64,000 bases of DNA from an uncultured delta proteobacterium (GCA_963711565.1 CAVQEQ010000001.1:320001-384000); one strand, 5' to 3'. Numbered from the stretch's first letter, positions 9,587 through 19,675 are shown. Notes: generated by a model from the sequence alone, not told the origin. Translations and numbers: made by a program.

Positions 9587-9622
9587 AATATTATTAAAAT
9601 CAACAATAATGTGTTCCGTCAA
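9587..9622 (-). promoter_or_regulatory. Putative sigma70 promoter (leaderless) within AT-rich operator-like DNA
   Basis: Minus strand: TTGACG-18 nt-TTTAAT-6 nt-ATG, with no SD; strongly AT-rich in a GC-rich background. Confidence 0.5.
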
Positions 9623-9719
9623 CTCATGTCAACCTGAATTGGCCCTTTTTTAGTTCAAGCCCCGGGGGAGTGGACGGGACGGCGTGCACGCGGCAAGATT
9701 GACCGTGCGGCGCTTCGCA

Positions 9720-11687
9720 ATGAACCCAGAGACGCAAACCAATTCTTCGGACATCGCGCCCGGCTTCGGCGGACTGCGCGTCGTCGCGTTCGAGAGCCGG
9801 ATGGCGGCCGAGGTCGCGTCGATGATCGAGCGGCGCGGCGGCGTCGCGATCGTCGCACCGGCGATGCGCGAGGTGCCGCTCGAAGACAATCGCGTGGCGC
9901 TGGATTTCGCCGAGCGCCTGCTCGGTGGTGAATTCGACGCGGTTATCTTCATGACCGGCGTCGGAACGCGCGCTCTGTTTGCGGCGATGGAAACACGGCA
10001 TCAGCGGGCGGCGCTGGTGGCAGCGCTCACCGCAATCACCACCATTGCACGTGGGCCGAAGCCGATTCGCGCGATGCGCGATCTCGGGATCGAACCGTCG
10101 ATCGTCGTGCCGGAACCGAATACGTGGCGTGAAGTGCTGAGTGCGCTTGCGGCGAAGGTCGAGCTCAAGGGCAAGCGCGTCGCGGTGCAGGAATATGGAG
10201 TCTCAAATCACGAGCTGACCGCCGGGCTCGAGGCGCGCGGCGCGCGCGTCGCGATTGTTCCGGTTTACAGGTGGACGCTGCCCGCCGATCGCGCACCGTT
10301 GCGCGCGGCGCTGAACGCGATTGCGGTGGGCGCTGCGGACGTAGCAATTTTCACCAGCTCGAACCAGGTGACGAACGTAATCCAGCTCGCCGAGGCCGAG
10401 GGAATCGGCGACGCCGTTAACCGCGGATTCGCGCGGATGGCGGTGGGCTCGATCGGGCCGGTTTGCTCGGAGCAGATTCGCGCGTACGGGCTGAGTGTGG
10501 ACTTCGAGCCCGAGCATTCGAAGCTCGGCCACCTCATCAAAGAGGCAGCGGCGCAAGCAACTTCGATTCTTATCGCCAAGCGCGCGAGCGCCGATCGGAT
10601 TGAAGCGGTCGCGTCGCCAATTCCGCAGCGCGCGGCGATTTCCAACGCGCCGCGTTCTCCGCTTGCCGATCATCCGATGATGAAGGCGTGCCGGCGCGAG
10701 GCGACGCCCTACACTCCGATATGGCTGATGCGCCAGGCAGGGCGCTACATGCCGGAGTACCGGCGCGTTCGCGAGCAGCACGATTTTCTTGATCTGTGCA
10801 AGCGGCCCGAGCTCTCCGCCGAGGTAACGGTCACCGCAGTCGAGCGGCTCAAGGTGGATGCGGCGATAATCTTCGCCGACATCCTGCTGCCGCTGATCCC
10901 GATGGAAGTCGGGTTGCATTACGAAAAAGGCGACGGGCCCGTGATCGATCGCCCGATTCGCACCGAGGCCGACCTCGACAAGATTCCCGAGGTCGATGTC
11001 GCGACGCTCGGGTTTGTCGCCGACGCGATCAAGCTCGTGCATCGCGCGCTCGCGGCCAAGACTCCGCTGATCGGATTTGCCGGCGCGCCGTTCACACTCG
11101 CATCGTACCTGATCGAAGGCGGCTCGTCGCGGCAATACCAGGCGACCAAGACTTTCATGTACACGCAACCCGAAACGTGGCATCGCCTGATGGAGCTGCT
11201 GGCGCGCGTCACCGCGGATTATCTGAAGATGCAAATCGCGGCGGGCGCCGACCTCGTGCAGATTTTCGACAGTTGGGTCGGCAGCCTCGGGCCCGACGAC
11301 TACCGCCGCTTCGTGCTGCCACATACGGCGTCGGTGATCGCGGCGATTCCCGCCGACGTGCCCGTGATCCATTTCGGCACCGTGACGGGGAACCTGCTCG
11401 AGCTGATGCGCGAGGCGGGCGGTGACGTGCTCGGCCTCGACTGGCGGGTCGATCTCGCGGACGCGTGGGCGCGGCTCAACTACAGCGTCGCGGTGCAGGG
11501 CAATCTCGATCCGATCGCGCTGTTCGCCGACGTTGGCGAGATCCGCACACGCGCGCGCGCGATTCTCGATCAGGCGGGCGGACGGCCGGGACACATCTTC
11601 AATCTCGGTCACGGAATCCTGCCCGAGACGCCGGTCGATCACGCGATCGCGCTGATCGACGCGGTTCACGAGATGAGCGCGCGCTGA
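9720..11687 (+). CDS. hemE: Fused uroporphyrinogen-III synthase (HemD) - uroporphyrinogen decarboxylase (HemE)
   Basis: N-half: VVAFESR, FMTGVG, ARGPKP, VPVYRW, FTSSNQV, SIGPVCSE (HemD). C-half: PIWLMRQAGRYMPEY, IFADILLP, GFAGAPFTLASY, QIFDSW, FNLGHG (HemE). One open frame. Confidence 0.93.
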   Translation: MNPETQTNSSDIAPGFGGLRVVAFESRMAAEVASMIERRGGVAIVAPAMREVPLEDNRVALDFAERLLGGEFDAVIFMTGVGTRALFAAMETRHQRAALVAALTAITTIARGPKPIRAMRDLGIEPSIVVPEPNTWREVLSALAAKVELKGKRVAVQEYGVSNHELTAGLEARGARVAIVPVYRWTLPADRAPLRAALNAIAVGAADVAIFTSSNQVTNVIQLAEAEGIGDAVNRGFARMAVGSIGPVCSEQIRAYGLSVDFEPEHSKLGHLIKEAAAQATSILIAKRASADRIEAVASPIPQRAAISNAPRSPLADHPMMKACRREATPYTPIWLMRQAGRYMPEYRRVREQHDFLDLCKRPELSAEVTVTAVERLKVDAAIIFADILLPLIPMEVGLHYEKGDGPVIDRPIRTEADLDKIPEVDVATLGFVADAIKLVHRALAAKTPLIGFAGAPFTLASYLIEGGSSRQYQATKTFMYTQPETWHRLMELLARVTADYLKMQIAAGADLVQIFDSWVGSLGPDDYRRFVLPHTASVIAAIPADVPVIHFGTVTGNLLELMREAGGDVLGLDWRVDLADAWARLNYSVAVQGNLDPIALFADVGEIRTRARAILDQAGGRPGHIFNLGHGILPETPVDHAIALIDAVHEMSAR

Positions 11688-11691
11688 CGCG

Positions 11692-12615
11692 ATGGCCGCG
11701 AAAGCGAAATGCGACGCGGTCTTGATGATCGGATTCGGCGGACCGACGCGCGCCGACGAGGTGCGCCCGTTCCTCGACAACGTGCTGCGCGGACGGCCGG
11801 TCCCGCTCGAGCGCTACGAGGTAGTCGTACATCATTACGATCTGCTCGGCGGGCGCTCGCCGTACAACGATCTCACTCTGCGGCAGGCGGCCGCGCTGCG
11901 TGCGGAATTGGAAAAAAGATGCGCGCAAATTCCGGTCACGGTTGGGATGCGCAACTGGGAACCGTACGTTGCCGACTCGATGCGAGTGCTGGCTGACAGC
12001 GGTGCGCGCCGTGTGCTCGGCTTCATCATGGCGGCGCATCGCTGCGAGGCCAGCTTCGAGCGCTACCAGGCGACGGTAAACGACGCGCTCGCCACGTTGG
12101 GCGAAGCGGCGCCCGAGGTCGTGTATCCCGAGCCGTGGCACGATCATCCGCTGTTCACCGCGGCGGTGGCGTCGCGCGCGCGCGAGGCGTACTCGAGGCT
12201 GGAGTTCCCGGAGCGATCGCGCGCGCGGCTGATCTTCACGGCGCACAGTATTCCGCTCGCGATGGCGCAGGTCGGGCCGTATGTCGAGCAACTCACGCAG
12301 TCGGCGCGGATCGTCGCGGCGGACCTGGGAGTCGATACGTGGCAGTTCGCGTATCAAAGCCGCAGCGGCAGTCCGCGCGACGCGTGGCTCGAACCCGACA
12401 TCAAGGACGCGCTGAGCAACCTCGACGCGAAGACTGCGGTCGTCGTGCCGATCGGTTTTCTGTGCGATCACGTCGAGGTGCTGTACGATCTCGATATTGA
12501 AGCGGCGCAGGTCGCGCGCGACGCGGGTATCAGGATGGAACGCGCGCCGACCGTCGGTGACCATCCGCTGTTTATCGAGATGATGGCGTCGATCGTCGCA
12601 GCGCACGCGCGCTGA
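11692..12615 (+). CDS. hemH: Ferrochelatase (HemH/CpfC)
   Basis: GGRSPYN, GMRNWEP, FTAHSIP, YQSRSG, PIGFLCDHVEVLYDLD. Confidence 0.95.
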   Translation: MAAKAKCDAVLMIGFGGPTRADEVRPFLDNVLRGRPVPLERYEVVVHHYDLLGGRSPYNDLTLRQAAALRAELEKRCAQIPVTVGMRNWEPYVADSMRVLADSGARRVLGFIMAAHRCEASFERYQATVNDALATLGEAAPEVVYPEPWHDHPLFTAAVASRAREAYSRLEFPERSRARLIFTAHSIPLAMAQVGPYVEQLTQSARIVAADLGVDTWQFAYQSRSGSPRDAWLEPDIKDALSNLDAKTAVVVPIGFLCDHVEVLYDLDIEAAQVARDAGIRMERAPTVGDHPLFIEMMASIVAAHAR

Positions 12616-12669
12616 TCGCGCGAGGGAGAACCTCGAACGGGCACCGACTCACAGGTCAAGCGGGTAGCG

Positions 12670-14073
12670 GTGATCGGCGGCGGGATCGCCGGGCTCGCCG
12701 CGGCATATCGATTGCGCGAGCTGGCGGCGGCGCGCGAGTTCCCGCTCGACGTGCAATTGCTCGAGCGTAGTGCGCGATGCGGTGGCGCGCTGGAGACGAT
12801 CCGGCGCGACGGGTTTGTGATCGAGACCGGCGCAGATTCATTTCTGTCGGAAAAAGTTGCGGCTGCCGAACTGGCCCAGCGACTGGGACTCGGTGCGGAA
12901 CTGATTCCGACGCGCGAGATCTACCGCAAGACCTGCGTGGTGCGCGCAGGGAGGCTGGTCGAGATTCCGGCGGGGTTTTCGCTGCTCGCGCCGGCGCATC
13001 TCGGGCCGGTTTTTCGCAGCGCGCTTTTCTCGCCGCTCGGAAAATTGCGGATTGCGATGGAACCGTTCGTCGCCGCGCGCACGAGCGACGAGGACGAGAG
13101 TCTCGACTCATTCGTGACGCGGCGGCTCGGACGCGAGGTGCTTGAGCGCGTCGCGCAGGCGCTGGCGGGCGGAATCTACACCGCTGATCCGAAACGGCTG
13201 AGCATGCAAGCGACGATGCCGCGTTTCGTCGAGATGGAGCGGGCGCACGGCAGCGTCGTGAAGGGAATGCGTGCGGCGGAGCAGATGCGCGCGTCGAAGA
13301 GTTCGGAGGTGAGTGGCGCGCGCTGGAGCATGTTCCTGAGTTTCAGGAATGGAATGGCAACGCTGCCCGAGATACTCGTGGCGCGGCTGGGCGCGGCGAT
13401 TCGCAAAGGCTCGGATGTGGTCGGAATGTCGCGAAACGGAGACGCCTGGCGACTCGCGCTCGCGGGCGGCGAGTCTATCGACGCCGACGCTGTTATCTGC
13501 GCGGCGCCGGCGTACGCGGCTGCACGCATCGTGGCGACGATTGCGCCGGCGGCGGCGAAAATGCTCGGCGAAATCAGCTACGCGTCGTCGGCGACGGTCA
13601 ACCTGACGTATCGCGAGAGCGATTTTGACGGACCGCCGCGCGCGTTCGGTTTCGTCGTGCCGGCAAGCGAGAATCGGCGAATAATCGCGGGCAGCTTTTC
13701 GAGCTTCAAGTTCGAGGGACGCGCACCCGCGGGCGCAATCCTCGCGCGCGCGTTCGTCGGCGGCGAGATGAGCCGCGACATGATGAGCCTCAGCGACGAC
13801 GAGATGGTCGCCGCAGTGCGCGACGAGTTTCGCGAGCTGCTCGGAGTAAGCGTGGCGCCCGGATTCACCGAAGTCAGGCGATGGCCCGACTCGATGCCGC
13901 AGTATGAAGTCGGGCACCTCGCTCGTGTAGCGGAGATCGAGCACGCAACCGCGGAGATTCCGGCGTTCGCGATAGCGGGCGCGGCGTATCGCGGCGTCGG
14001 GATTCCGGATTGCATCCGCAGCGGCGAAGATGCGGCCGATGCGATCTTCGCGAAACTCTCGGCGATGAAATGA
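12670..14073 (+). CDS. hemY: HemY-type (copro/proto)porphyrinogen oxidase
   Basis: IGGGIAGLAAAY FAD motif, ETGADSF, GIYTAD, RWPDSMPQYEVGH, GVGIPDCI. Confidence 0.93.
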   Translation: MIGGGIAGLAAAYRLRELAAAREFPLDVQLLERSARCGGALETIRRDGFVIETGADSFLSEKVAAAELAQRLGLGAELIPTREIYRKTCVVRAGRLVEIPAGFSLLAPAHLGPVFRSALFSPLGKLRIAMEPFVAARTSDEDESLDSFVTRRLGREVLERVAQALAGGIYTADPKRLSMQATMPRFVEMERAHGSVVKGMRAAEQMRASKSSEVSGARWSMFLSFRNGMATLPEILVARLGAAIRKGSDVVGMSRNGDAWRLALAGGESIDADAVICAAPAYAAARIVATIAPAAAKMLGEISYASSATVNLTYRESDFDGPPRAFGFVVPASENRRIIAGSFSSFKFEGRAPAGAILARAFVGGEMSRDMMSLSDDEMVAAVRDEFRELLGVSVAPGFTEVRRWPDSMPQYEVGHLARVAEIEHATAEIPAFAIAGAAYRGVGIPDCIRSGEDAADAIFAKLSAMK

Positions 14074-15314
14074 GCCTCGAGGATTCACCCAGCGCGGCGC
14101 ATTGGCCGCGTGTGATCGCGCATGCCGACATGGACGCGTTCTACGCATCGGTCGAAGTGCTTGACAACCCCGCCCTGCGCGGGCTGCCGGTGATCGTCGG
14201 CGGGCGCAGCGCGCGCGGCGTCGTTACGTCGGCGTCGTACGAGGCGCGCAAATTCGGCGTGCGCTCCGCGATGCCGACCGGGCAGGCGCGCAAGCTATGT
14301 CCGCAAGCGATCTTCGTGCCGGGCCGGATGGATCGCTACGTGGAAATTTCTAAGGTGGTGCGACGCGTGTTCGAGAGCTTCAGTCCAGTGGTCGAACCGC
14401 TGTCGCTCGACGAGGCGTTTATCGATTTGACTGGCACCGAGCGCCTGCTCGGACCGCCGATGGATGCTGCGCGCGACCTCAAGCGCAAGGTGTTCGAGGA
14501 AACCGGGCTGGTCGTGTCGGTCGGCGTCGCGCCGACCAAGATGGCGGCGAAGATTCTGAGCGACATGTCTAAGCCCGACGGCTTGCTCTCCGTCGCGCCG
14601 GAGAAGCTGCAGGAATTTCTGACGCCGCTGCCGGTCGAGCGGCTGTGGGGCGTAGGACGCGTGACACTCGCGCGGATGCACGAATGCGGAATCAAGACGG
14701 TCGGCGATTTGGCGCGGCGCGATCCGGCCGAGTTGAAGAGCATGTTCGGCTCGATGGGGCCGCATCTGCATGAACTGGCGTCGGGCAACGACACGCGTGC
14801 CGTCATCGCCGACTGGCAGCGCAAGTCGTACGGCGAGGAAAATACTTTCGCGCGCGATCTCGCGCTCGACTCAACTGAACTGCGGCGCGTGCTGATCGCG
14901 CATGGCGACGCGATCGCGCGGCGGCTTCGCGCGGACGGGGTGCGTGCGCGGACGATCACACTCAAGCTGAAACTTGCGCGTCCGCTCGGCGGTGGTCGGT
15001 ATCCATTGATCACGCGCAGTCTTTCATTGGACGGCACGACCAATGACGGGCCCGAGATTTCGCGCGTCGCGACGCAGTTGCTGTCCAAGGTTGGCGGGAA
15101 AGAGAAAATTAGGCTGGCGGGAGTGCAGGTGCATCAGTTGGAGCGCGCGGACACCGCGCAGCTGGGGCTGTTCGAAGCGGCGCCGGCCGAGGATCGAAAG
15201 CGCGACCGTTTGAATCGCGCGCTGGACTCAGTCGCGAAGAAATTCGGCGACGAGGCCGTCACGCGCGGGCTGGCTCGCGCGGAGCGCGCGGCGCCGACGC
15301 GGCGGATTAAGTAG
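14070..15314 (+). CDS. dinB: DNA polymerase IV (Y family)
   Basis: IAHADMDAFYASVE, SYEARKFGVRSAM, SLDEAF, AKILSDMSKPDG; ATGA overlap with hemY. Confidence 0.95.
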   Translation: MSLEDSPSAAHWPRVIAHADMDAFYASVEVLDNPALRGLPVIVGGRSARGVVTSASYEARKFGVRSAMPTGQARKLCPQAIFVPGRMDRYVEISKVVRRVFESFSPVVEPLSLDEAFIDLTGTERLLGPPMDAARDLKRKVFEETGLVVSVGVAPTKMAAKILSDMSKPDGLLSVAPEKLQEFLTPLPVERLWGVGRVTLARMHECGIKTVGDLARRDPAELKSMFGSMGPHLHELASGNDTRAVIADWQRKSYGEENTFARDLALDSTELRRVLIAHGDAIARRLRADGVRARTITLKLKLARPLGGGRYPLITRSLSLDGTTNDGPEISRVATQLLSKVGGKEKIRLAGVQVHQLERADTAQLGLFEAAPAEDRKRDRLNRALDSVAKKFGDEAVTRGLARAERAAPTRRIK

Positions 15315-15317
15315 GAA

Positions 15318-15352
15318 CCTAACCCCTAACCCCTTCCCGCGCGGGAAGGGGG
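15318..15352 (-). repeat. Family-B hairpin with G-tract tail
   Basis: Reverse complement reads CCCCCTTCCCGCGCGGGAAGGGGTTAGGGGTTAGG, 3 nt after the dinB stop. Confidence 0.8.
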
Positions 15353-15393
15353 ACCGGATGTTTAGCGACCGGCTGCCGGAGAAGTTTATACCG

Positions 15394-15422
15394 TTGCGGG
15401 ATTGATTAACTTTAGTTAATAT
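15394..15422 (+). promoter_or_regulatory. Promoter with palindromic MarR-type operator
   Basis: TTGCGG-17 nt-TAATAT; perfect inverted repeat ATTAACT-TT-AGTTAAT (15405-15420) overlaps the spacer and -10; ATG follows 8 nt later. Confidence 0.65.
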
Positions 15423-15430
15423 CTTGCTCT

Positions 15431-15907
15431 ATGCAAGCAGTTGGACGGCGCGATCCTATCTTCCGCGCGATCGAGGCGATGACCGCGCTGGCGGAAATTT
15501 TTGGGCGCCGGCGCGAGGTGCTGGCGCGCGACGCGGGGATCACGATCGAGCAGTGGCGCGTGCTCGAGGAAATCTCGACCGAGCATTTTATTCCCTCGAT
15601 GTTCGCGCGCAGCCGCGACAGCTCGGCGGCAGCGGTATCCAAAATCCTGCGACAACTGCTCGATGCAGGGCTGGTCTCGGCCGCGATTGGGCGGGACGAC
15701 CGCAGGAACCGCAGTTACAAGCTGACTGCGAAGGGACATCGAACGCTCGCGGAGCTGCGCGCGTCGCGGCAGGCGGCGATCGAGGCTATATGGACGGGAT
15801 TTTCTCGCGACGAGCTGGCCGCGTTCAGCAGGTTCGCGATCAAGCTGTCGGATCGGATCGAACGCTATTCGCGCGGGAAGAATGGGCGGCGGGCGGCTGC
15901 GGTGTGA
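15431..15907 (+). CDS. MarR-family transcriptional regulator
   Basis: GITIEQWRVL, AAVSKILRQLLDAGLV, DDRRNRSYKLTAKG. Confidence 0.9.
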   Translation: MQAVGRRDPIFRAIEAMTALAEIFGRRREVLARDAGITIEQWRVLEEISTEHFIPSMFARSRDSSAAAVSKILRQLLDAGLVSAAIGRDDRRNRSYKLTAKGHRTLAELRASRQAAIEAIWTGFSRDELAAFSRFAIKLSDRIERYSRGKNGRRAAAV

Positions 15908-15967
15908 AGAATCGAGGTTTCGCAATAAAGTTGTTACGCCGCCGATGCGGCGGGAGTTGTTAACGCT

Positions 15968-17377
15968 ATGGCCGCAAAGACACTGTTCGAAAAAATCTGG
16001 GAAGAGCACGTCGTCCGCGAAAAGCAGCACGAGCCGTCTCTGCTCTACATCGACCTGCACCTGGTGCATGAAGTCACGTCGCCGCAGGCGTTCGAGGGAC
16101 TGCGTCATTCGGGGCGCAAGGTTCGCGCGCCGCATCGTACGTACGCGACGCAGGATCACAACGTGCCCACGACCGATCGCAGCAAACCGATCACCGACGC
16201 CGATTCGAAGCTGCAGATCGAGACGCTGCGGCGCAACTGCGCGGAGTTCGGATTGCGGCTGTTCGATATCGGATCGCGCGAGCAGGGGATCGTGCACGTG
16301 ATCGGGCCGGAGTTGGGACTGACGCAGCCGGGCATGACGATCGTTTGCGGCGACAGCCATACCGCGACGCATGGCGCGTTCGGCGCGCTCGCTTTCGGAA
16401 TCGGCACCAGCGAAGTCGAGCACGTGCTGGCGACGCAATGCCTGTGGGAAGAGCGGCCGCAGACGTTTGAGATTCGCGTCGACGGGAAACTCGGCATCGG
16501 AGTCGGCGCCAAGGATCTGATCCTCGGCATCATCGGCAGGATCAAAACCAACGGCGCAACGGGGCACGTGATCGAGTACCGCGGCGCGGCGGTCGAGGCG
16601 CTGTCGATGGAAGAGCGGATGACGGTGTGCAACATGTCGATCGAAGGCGGCGCGCGCGCCGGGATGGTCGCCGCGGACAAGACTACCGTCGAGTATCTGC
16701 GTGGGCGCCGGTATATCCCGGCCGGCAAGGAGTTCGACGAGTTGGCGGCGCGATGGCTCGAGTGCCGCAGCGACGACGGCGCGAAGTTCGATCGCAGCGT
16801 GGTCTTCGACGCGGCGACGTTCGCGCCGCAGGTGACGTGGGGCACGAATCCCGGGATGGTCACCGACGTGCGCGGCAGCGTGCCGAATCCCGCGGAGATT
16901 GGCGACAAGGAGCAGCGCGAGACGGTCGAGCGGGCGCTCACCTACATGGCGCTCCGGCCGGGAACGCGAATCGAGGACATCAAGATCGATCGCGTGTTTA
17001 TCGGATCGTGCACTAACTCGCGGCTGAGTGATCTCAAGTCCGCCGCCGGTATCGTCAAGGGTCGCAAAGTTGCGCCGACCGTGCACGCGATGGTGGTGCC
17101 GGGCTCGCAGCAGATCAAGGCCGAGGCGGAGAGTCTCGGTCTCGACAGAATTTTCACGGAGGCCGGCTTCGAGTGGCGCGAATCGGGATGCAGCATGTGC
17201 CTGGCGATGAATCCCGACGTGCTGCAGCCGGGCGAGCGATGCGCGAGCACCTCGAATCGCAACTTCGAGGGTCGTCAGGGCAAGGGCGGGCGCACGCATC
17301 TGGTGAGTCCGGCGATGGCGGCGGCGGCGGCGGTCGCGGGGCACTTCGTCAACGTAAGGGAATGGGCCAATCAGTGA
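15968..17377 (+). CDS. leuC: 3-isopropylmalate dehydratase large subunit
   Basis: [50 protein letters not shown]. Confidence 0.98.
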   Translation: MAAKTLFEKIWEEHVVREKQHEPSLLYIDLHLVHEVTSPQAFEGLRHSGRKVRAPHRTYATQDHNVPTTDRSKPITDADSKLQIETLRRNCAEFGLRLFDIGSREQGIVHVIGPELGLTQPGMTIVCGDSHTATHGAFGALAFGIGTSEVEHVLATQCLWEERPQTFEIRVDGKLGIGVGAKDLILGIIGRIKTNGATGHVIEYRGAAVEALSMEERMTVCNMSIEGGARAGMVAADKTTVEYLRGRRYIPAGKEFDELAARWLECRSDDGAKFDRSVVFDAATFAPQVTWGTNPGMVTDVRGSVPNPAEIGDKEQRETVERALTYMALRPGTRIEDIKIDRVFIGSCTNSRLSDLKSAAGIVKGRKVAPTVHAMVVPGSQQIKAEAESLGLDRIFTEAGFEWRESGCSMCLAMNPDVLQPGERCASTSNRNFEGRQGKGGRTHLVSPAMAAAAAVAGHFVNVREWANQ

Positions 17378-17425
17378 AATACACTTCATCTAATGTGAAA
17401 CCCGCCGTGGGTTTCACGCTTCCCT

Positions 17426-17448
17426 GGGCAGGGGTGACCCCTGCACCC
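17426..17448 (+). repeat. Family-C palindrome (single copy) between leuC and leuD
   Basis: GGCAGGGGTGACCCCTGCACCC is identical to part of the 61309-61564 element; preceded by the hairpin GTGAAACCC/GGGTTTCAC. Confidence 0.75.
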
Positions 17449-17473
17449 AGTAATTAATTCCCAGGAGACACTG

Positions 17474-18079
17474 ATGCAGAAGTTCAAAAATTTTACCGGG
17501 ATGGTGGCGCCGCTCGATCGCGCCAACGTCGATACCGATCAGATCATTCCGAAGCAGTTTCTCAAGGCGGTCGTGCGGACCGGGCTCAAGGCTGGCCTGT
17601 TTATCGACTGGCGGCGCAATCCGGACGGCAGCGAGAACCAGGACTTCGTGCTGAACAAGCCGCGCTACCAGGGCGCGTCGATTCTGGTCGCGCGCAATAA
17701 TTTCGGCTGCGGCAGCTCGCGCGAGCATGCGGTGTGGGCGCTCGATGATGCGGGTTTCCTCGCCGCGATCGCGCCGGAGTTCGCCGATATCTTTCACAAC
17801 AACTGTCTTAAGAACGGATTTCTGCCGGTCACGCTGACGGCCGACGAGGTCGAGCATATTTTTCGCGCGGCCGGCGATTACGAGGCGTATCGGCTGACGA
17901 TCGATCTCGAAAAGCAGATCGTGTCGGACGACTTCGGCTGGACGGCGCATTTCGAGATCGAGCCGTTCGACAAGAAATGCCTGCTCGAAGGCCTCGACGA
18001 TATCGCGCTGACGCTCGCACATGAGGATCGAATCGTCGCGTACGAGAAGGCGCATCCGCTGCCGCATCGCTTCGAGTAA
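17474..18079 (+). CDS. leuD: 3-isopropylmalate dehydratase small subunit
   Basis: NVDTDQIIPKQFL, NFGCGSSREHAVWAL, FADIF.NN. Confidence 0.98.
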   Translation: MQKFKNFTGMVAPLDRANVDTDQIIPKQFLKAVVRTGLKAGLFIDWRRNPDGSENQDFVLNKPRYQGASILVARNNFGCGSSREHAVWALDDAGFLAAIAPEFADIFHNNCLKNGFLPVTLTADEVEHIFRAAGDYEAYRLTIDLEKQIVSDDFGWTAHFEIEPFDKKCLLEGLDDIALTLAHEDRIVAYEKAHPLPHRFE

Positions 18080-18088
18080 GATGTTCGC

Positions 18089-18319
18089 ATGAGAAAGATC
18101 ATCTCGATGGCAATTATCACGCTGTTCTCGATGGCACTGGCCGGATGCTGGTTTTATTCGAGGCCTGACGCGACGGCGGCAGGCTGTCAGAAGACTACCT
18201 ACGGCGTCGTGACGGCGACGAGCACGACCGAGAATTGTCCCCATGCCGCTGCTGCCGGCGGTCCATCTACATCGATCCCGCCGACGCCACCGCCGATACC
18301 GTCGCCCGGAATGATGTGA
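18089..18319 (+). CDS. Small predicted lipoprotein
   Basis: MRKIISMAIITLFSMALAGC lipobox, two further Cys, Pro-rich tail; fills the leuD-rluD gap. Confidence 0.7.
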   Translation: MRKIISMAIITLFSMALAGCWFYSRPDATAAGCQKTTYGVVTATSTTENCPHAAAAGGPSTSIPPTPPPIPSPGMM

Positions 18320-18348
18320 TTTGTGCATCGATGCGATAACTCGCGCTC

Positions 18349-19353
18349 GTGATTCTTCCAACGACAATCACAGCGGGCGCCGAGCACGACCGGATGCGGC
18401 TCGATGTGTTCGTGTCGATGCGGCTCGCGCCGGAGTACTCGCGATCGCAGGTGGCGCGGATGATCAAGGCGGGACTGGTGAGGGTCAACGGCCTATCGGC
18501 GCGCGCGTCGAGCGGAGTGCGGACGGGGGACCGCGTCGAGGTCGCCGCGATTCCCGCCGGCGCGGCGTACGATCCTTCGAGTTACAAGGAAGGTGACGCG
18601 CCCGAGATTTCGGTAATTTTCGACGACGATGAAATAATCGGTGTGAACAAACCCGCCGGGATGACGGTGCATCCTGCACCTGGGCATCCCAATGGCACTC
18701 TCGTCGATGCGCTGCTCGCGCGATTTCCCGAGCTGGCTGCGATGGCCGAACCTGACGGCGTGCTGCGCCCGGGGATCGTGCATCGCCTGGACAAAGACAC
18801 GTCGGGCGTGATGGTGGTGGCGCGGACGCCGTTTTCGCGCACCGCCCTTTCGCGGCAATTCAAGGACCGGATCGTCAAGAAAACTTACCTCGCGATCGTC
18901 AAGGGGAAACTCGCGCGCGACCGGCTGACGATCGAGCGGCCCGTCGGACGGCATCCGATCGAGCGCAAGCGGATGTCGGTGCGATCGAATGCGCCGCGCG
19001 ACGCCATCAGCCATCTCACAGTGCTAGCGCGATTCGATCCCGCGGACGGCGACGAAATGGGAACGTCGCTGGTGCGGGTGCGGCCCGACACGGGCAGAAT
19101 GCATCAGATTCGCGTGCATCTTGCGTCGATTGGGCATCCGTGCCTGGGCGATCCTTTGTATGGCGGCAAGTCAGCAGGCGGCGGATTTTTCCATCGACAA
19201 GCCCTGCATGCTCTGGCGCTGAGCATTGCGCATCCGCGATCCGGCGAGCGGCTCGAATTCGTTGCGCCACTGCCAGGTGACTTCGACGAGTTTCTTGCTA
19301 CGAAGTTATTCGCGGCCGATGCCCGCGAGCTTCGCCGCTGGATCGAACTCTGA
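18349..19353 (+). CDS. rluD: RluA/RluD-family 23S rRNA pseudouridine synthase
   Basis: S4 domain, VNKPAGMTVHP, GIVHRLDKDTSG, TGRMHQIRVH, GDPLYG, QALHA. Confidence 0.92.
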   Translation: MILPTTITAGAEHDRMRLDVFVSMRLAPEYSRSQVARMIKAGLVRVNGLSARASSGVRTGDRVEVAAIPAGAAYDPSSYKEGDAPEISVIFDDDEIIGVNKPAGMTVHPAPGHPNGTLVDALLARFPELAAMAEPDGVLRPGIVHRLDKDTSGVMVVARTPFSRTALSRQFKDRIVKKTYLAIVKGKLARDRLTIERPVGRHPIERKRMSVRSNAPRDAISHLTVLARFDPADGDEMGTSLVRVRPDTGRMHQIRVHLASIGHPCLGDPLYGGKSAGGGFFHRQALHALALSIAHPRSGERLEFVAPLPGDFDEFLATKLFAADARELRRWIEL

Positions 19354-19384
19354 TGCGTGTTGATACAAGTAGCGTCAGCCCCCG

Positions 19385-19413
19385 TTGACATGCTCGCATT
19401 GCGCGGGTAGCGT
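19385..19413 (+). promoter_or_regulatory. sigma70 promoter of rho, followed by a long leader
   Basis: TTGACA-17 nt-TAGCGT about 260 nt upstream of rho. Confidence 0.65.
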
Positions 19414-19675
19414 TTTACTTGAGCTTCCGCACTGAGGACGCTGAGACGGGTTGGGTGGATAGATAAATCCCGTTTCCCTGCGGTCCGTAATTCCGAACTT
19501 GAACTCAAGGCGTTAGTTGTTCCGAATCCCGACCGCTTGAGCACTAAATCTATAATGGTATCTCCCGTCATGGGGGCCCATTGGAACAAACGTTCATAAC
19601 CTGCGATGGGCGTCGCGCAAGCGGCGACGATTGGCAGCATTAAAGATGATGGAGTCCAGGTTGCGGGGAAGGCAT

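Noticed and set aside
14070-15314. dinB as part of a mobile or SOS mutagenesis cassette
   Set aside because: Coupled to hemY, same composition as core genes, no imuA/dnaE2 or LexA-box-like site seen.
19414-19645. 6S RNA or a known riboswitch
   Set aside because: Only a short CTTGAAC-like resemblance; I could not build the long closing stem, and the context is not typical. Needs Rfam.
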